Shown: piece by piece, positions 60,972 through 64,000 of the stretch | Layout: each line of letters starts with the position of its first letter | How positions within the stretch are numbered: position 1 is the stretch's first letter | From: an uncultured Actinomycetota bacterium | GTDB taxonomy: Bacteria > Actinomycetota > Actinomycetes > Actinomycetales > Cellulomonadaceae | Direction of reading: 5' to 3' | Assembly (NCBI GenBank): GCA_963837795.1 | Contig: CAWIOT010000007.1 | Coordinates: forward strand, 696,287 to 760,286 | Length of the DNA stretch: 64,000 nt | Program-made: the position numbers and the translations under genes | Notes under the pieces: model-generated | Seen by the model: only the letters and a program-made list of their open reading frames with translations | What the model was told of the DNA's origin: nothing | The model's database searches: none

Positions 60972-63065
60972 TCACCGGCACCGCACGCGACCCGCCACCG
61001 GCACGCCGTCGACCGCGGCCACGGGGGACGCGGCGGACGCGACGACGGTCACGGTCCACGAGCGCGTCGCCGGCACGCAGTCCAGCGCCCCCGTCGCGCC
61101 CCCGATCGTCAGGGTCCCGGCGGTCTGGTCCAGCCGCAGCGGCGTGCGCGCGACGCGGTCGTCGGTCCCGTCGTCCTCCACCAGGTCGAACGTGCCGTCG
61201 GCACCGACGACCACCAGGACCTCGAGCGCGGGCGGGTTCACGGGGTCGTTCGGGGGGACCTGCGCGGCGTCGAGCACCACGAGCGCGCCGGCCGGGGCCA
61301 GCACGGGGATGGTGGACAGGTCGCGGTGCAGCAGGAGCTCGCGGCCGCCGTCGTAGACCAGACCCGTCAGCACGTCGACCCAGGTGCCCGCGGGCAGCCA
61401 CGCGCGGACTGCCGCCAGCCGGGTGCGCGGGTCCGTGGGCGTGGTCAGGGGCGCGACCACGAGCTGGCTGCCGAACAGGTACTGGTTGGGCTGCTGGTAC
61501 GCCTCGGGCGCGTCCGGCCACTGGTGGTAGAGCGGCTCGACCAGCGGGCGGCCCTGCGTCGCGGCGCGGTGGTTCATGGTGTGCAGGTAGGGGACCAGGC
61601 GCTGGCGCAGGCGCAGGTGCTGCGTCATGACCTCGCGCGCGGCGGGTCCGTAGGTCCACGGCTCCTTCGTCGTGAAGGCGTTGTCCGACGAGTGCAGGCG
61701 CAGGACCGGCGAGAACACCCCGAGCTGCAGCCACCGGGTGGCCAGCTCGTCGTCCTTGCCGCCGAACATGTGCCCGCCGATGTCGTGGCTCCACCAGCCG
61801 TAGCCGATGTTGGAGGCGGTCGCGGTGAAGTACGGCTGGAAGTCCAGCGAGGCCCAGGAGATGACGGTGTCACCGGAGAACCCGACCGGGTAGCGGTGGC
61901 TGCCCGGTCCGGCGTACCGGGAGAAGGTCAGGGGCCGACGCCCGCCGCGCGCGCTGTCGAGGAAGTGGAAGTGGTTGAGCATCCACAGCGGGTCGATCCC
62001 GGCGACGCGCGAGTGCGGCCCCGACTGCCAGTCGAGCCACCAGAAGTCGACGCCCTCGTCCTCGAGCCGCCGGTGCAGCACGTCGAAGTAGGCGTCGAGG
62101 AACGCCCGGTCGGTGACGTCGAACGCGACGGGGTCCTGCCCCGAGCGGCCGAGCGCCTCGACCATCGCCGGGTACGCCTCCTCGTGCGCGCGGACGCCGT
62201 CGGCGGGGTGCACGTTCAGGGTGACCCGCAGGCCGCGCTCGTGCAGGGCGGCGAGGAACGCCGGCGGGTCACCGAACAGCGACCGGTTCCAGGTGTAGCC
62301 GGTCCAGCCGCTGCCGATCGCGGGGTCGACGTCGGTGACGTGCCAGTCCATGTCGATCACCGCGACCGAGAAGGGCAGGCCCTCGTCGGCGAACCGGTCC
62401 AGGAGCGCGGTGTAGCTGTCCGCGGTGTACCGGTGGAACCGGCTCCACCAGTTCCCGAGCGCGAACCGGGGCAGCACCGGCGCCGGACCGGACACGGCGA
62501 AGAACGCCTGCAGCGCGTCCCGGTAGTCGTGGCCGTAGGCGAACACGTACAGGTCGGTGCGCGAGCCGTCCCGGGGCGCCACCCAGCCGTCGGCGTCGAA
62601 CACCATCGAGCGCGAGTCGTCGAGGACCGCGAAGCCCTGCCGCGACACGACGCCGTCCTCGAGCGGGATCGCGCCGTCGGCCATGTCCAGCGTCCGTGCG
62701 GTGCCGCCGAGCCCGACGGTGTCCGTGCCCGTGTCCCCGTAGCGCCACACCGAGTGGTACGCGCTGACCCCGCCGAGGACGGAGACGCTCAGCCCGCTCG
62801 TCGAGAAGGGCGCGCGGTCGTAGACCAGGTGGAACCGGGACGTGAGGACCTCGACGTGGGTGTCGGTCTCGATCACCCGGAACTCCGGCACGGGCAGCCG
62901 GCGGTGCTGCGCGAACGTGGACGCGCGGTCCTCGAACCGGCCGTCGGGGGAGTGCTCGAGCCGCACGAGCCCGTCGGTCAGCACGGTGATCCGGTAGTGG
63001 GGGCCGACGACGACCGCGGCGGGGTCGGCGACCGGGCGGGCGGGCAGGGGCTGCCGGAAGGTCAT
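60972..63065 (-). CDS. Glycoside hydrolase family 31 (alpha-glucosidase/alpha-xylosidase-like)
   Basis: The (beta/alpha)8 core has IDMDWH, GYTWNRSLFGDPPAFLAALHERGLRVTLNVHP, GVDFWWLDWQ and RYPVGFSGD. These are typical of the DUF4968/DUF5110-type GH31 subgroup. Confidence 0.88.
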   Translation of the reverse strand: MTFRQPLPARPVADPAAVVVGPHYRITVLTDGLVRLEHSPDGRFEDRASTFAQHRRLPVPEFRVIETDTHVEVLTSRFHLVYDRAPFSTSGLSVSVLGGVSAYHSVWRYGDTGTDTVGLGGTARTLDMADGAIPLEDGVVSRQGFAVLDDSRSMVFDADGWVAPRDGSRTDLYVFAYGHDYRDALQAFFAVSGPAPVLPRFALGNWWSRFHRYTADSYTALLDRFADEGLPFSVAVIDMDWHVTDVDPAIGSGWTGYTWNRSLFGDPPAFLAALHERGLRVTLNVHPADGVRAHEEAYPAMVEALGRSGQDPVAFDVTDRAFLDAYFDVLHRRLEDEGVDFWWLDWQSGPHSRVAGIDPLWMLNHFHFLDSARGGRRPLTFSRYAGPGSHRYPVGFSGDTVISWASLDFQPYFTATASNIGYGWWSHDIGGHMFGGKDDELATRWLQLGVFSPVLRLHSSDNAFTTKEPWTYGPAAREVMTQHLRLRQRLVPYLHTMNHRAATQGRPLVEPLYHQWPDAPEAYQQPNQYLFGSQLVVAPLTTPTDPRTRLAAVRAWLPAGTWVDVLTGLVYDGGRELLLHRDLSTIPVLAPAGALVVLDAAQVPPNDPVNPPALEVLVVVGADGTFDLVEDDGTDDRVARTPLRLDQTAGTLTIGGATGALDCVPATRSWTVTVVASAASPVAAVDGVPVAGRVRCR

Positions 63066-63109
63066 GGTGCGACGGTGTCACCCGCCCGCCGCAGGTTCAA
63101 CACGGGCGG

Positions 63110-63922
63110 CTACGAACCGGCCGTCAGCTGTGCGGTCAGCGGCACGTGGTCGGAGAACGGGACGTCGCTGAGCGCCCGCACCGCGCCGAACGTCACCCCC
63201 TGTCCCAGCACCCAGTCGATCTTCGTGGTCGGCGCGGTCGACGGCGACGTGAGCACCTCGCTCTCCGCGGGGACCCAGCCGGCGTCCTGCAGGAGCGCCA
63301 GCTCGGGCGACCCGGGCCCGGCGTTGAGGTCCCCGGCGAGGACTGCGGGTGCGCGAGCCGGTTCCGCCTCGCCGAGCGCGGTGAGCTGCTCGAGCCGGGT
63401 CGCGGTGCCCGCCTCGCGGTGCTGCACGTGCACGGACGTGACCCGCAGCGCGGTGCCGTCCGCCGTGGTCAGCGTCGTGGCCAGCGCCGACCGGTCCTGG
63501 GGTCCGGCGCCGTACGGCAGCGGGTGGACGACGACGTCGGTGAGCGCCGACCGGGCCAGCACCGCGTTGCCGAACTGCTGGTCGGCGGCCGGCGCGAAGT
63601 GGACCGTCATGCGCAGCCGGTGCGCGAGCCACGTCGCCATGTCCGTCCCGCCCCCGAACACCCAGCCGCGGTTCACCTCCTGCAGGGTCACCACGTCCGG
63701 GTCGGCCGACTCGATGGTCGCGGCGATGCCCTCCAGGTCCACCGCCGTGAGCGGCGAGACGCCGTAGTGCAGGTTCCAGTCGACGAGCGTCAGGTCGTCC
63801 GAGCCCGCGCGGGCGGGCACGGTGGCACCCGTGGTGCTCGTCGTCGAGGGGACCAGCCCGACCCCGGCCAGCACGATCGCGGGCAGGACGAGCAGCCGCA
63901 CCGAGCTCATGCGGCGCGGCAT
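63110..63922 (-). CDS. Endonuclease/exonuclease/phosphatase (EEP) family secreted protein
   Basis: The EEP motifs are LVDWNLHYG, VVTLQEV, AGDLN and FSDHVPL, and a signal peptide is present. The frame stays open to nt 64000, so the true start could lie beyond the window. ATG 63910 is also possible. Confidence 0.85.
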   Translation of the reverse strand: MPRRMSSVRLLVLPAIVLAGVGLVPSTTSTTGATVPARAGSDDLTLVDWNLHYGVSPLTAVDLEGIAATIESADPDVVTLQEVNRGWVFGGGTDMATWLAHRLRMTVHFAPAADQQFGNAVLARSALTDVVVHPLPYGAGPQDRSALATTLTTADGTALRVTSVHVQHREAGTATRLEQLTALGEAEPARAPAVLAGDLNAGPGSPELALLQDAGWVPAESEVLTSPSTAPTTKIDWVLGQGVTFGAVRALSDVPFSDHVPLTAQLTAGS

Positions 63923-64000
63923 GCGGTCGGGGGTGCTGAGCGCGGGGTCGGCGCCGGGCGTGCGGCGCCGCAGCCCGGACAGGGCCAGCCCCGCCGCCGC

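Noticed and set aside
60861-63767. 968-aa plus-strand ORF opposite GH31 and the EEP gene; also 54688..57165 (-), 21599..24007 (-), 7033..9108 (-) and 3123..5036 (-)
   Set aside because: All are antisense shadows of motif-bearing genes. None has recognisable domains or a correct codon-position GC pattern.

Overview
Very high-GC actinobacterial chromosomal segment. By eye GC is above 70%, with strong GC3 bias in real genes. A Micrococcales/Cellulomonas-like origin is my guess only.

The window is mostly conserved core genome. I call 57 protein-coding loci and see no rRNA, tRNA, CRISPR or transposase. Gene order resembles two Mycobacterium tuberculosis blocks as I remember them.

Block 1:
- oppBCDA-like peptide ABC transporter
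- typA, mshB, fdxA-dapC, gltA, dapD/dapE
- LOG-folP2, DUF3117, pepA, O-methyltransferase
- sigE, anti-sigma factor, htrA, tatB

Block 2:
- trpS, yihY, sdhCDAB, M20 amidohydrolase
- cdd-deoA-add, pmm-punA, lpdA

The clearly accessory content is:
- a BMP-type nucleoside ABC transporter fused to cdd-deoA-add
- a sorC-deoC-ALDH-ALDH' operon
- a secreted CBM2-tagged protein of unknown function
- a GH31 hydrolase and an EEP-family nuclease/phosphatase

I did not find a self-evident new defence or mobile system. The most interesting items are:
1. An aldehyde-dehydrogenase paralog that lacks the catalytic domain and is translationally coupled to a normal ALDH.
2. A CBM2 protein with an unknown N-terminal domain and beta-helix-like repeats. 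It is divergent from a frameshifted SorC regulator, with a perfect 14-bp palindrome between them.
3. A VanW protein with a very long acidic tandem-repeat N-terminus and a +1 frameshift.
4. A methyltransferase with no canonical start codon; a perfect SD sits in front of ATC codons.
5. A striking set of TAGGGT-type -10 boxes 6-7 nt upstream of start codons, implying leaderless mRNAs.
6. TGTGA-N6-TCACA (CRP/GlxR-type) sites at gltA and sdh.

Three frame disruptions are clear and one more is possible. All four sit in short G/C runs, so assembly indels must be excluded before any biological reading.

All calls rest on visual motif recognition, GC3 frame analysis and synteny. No searches were run.
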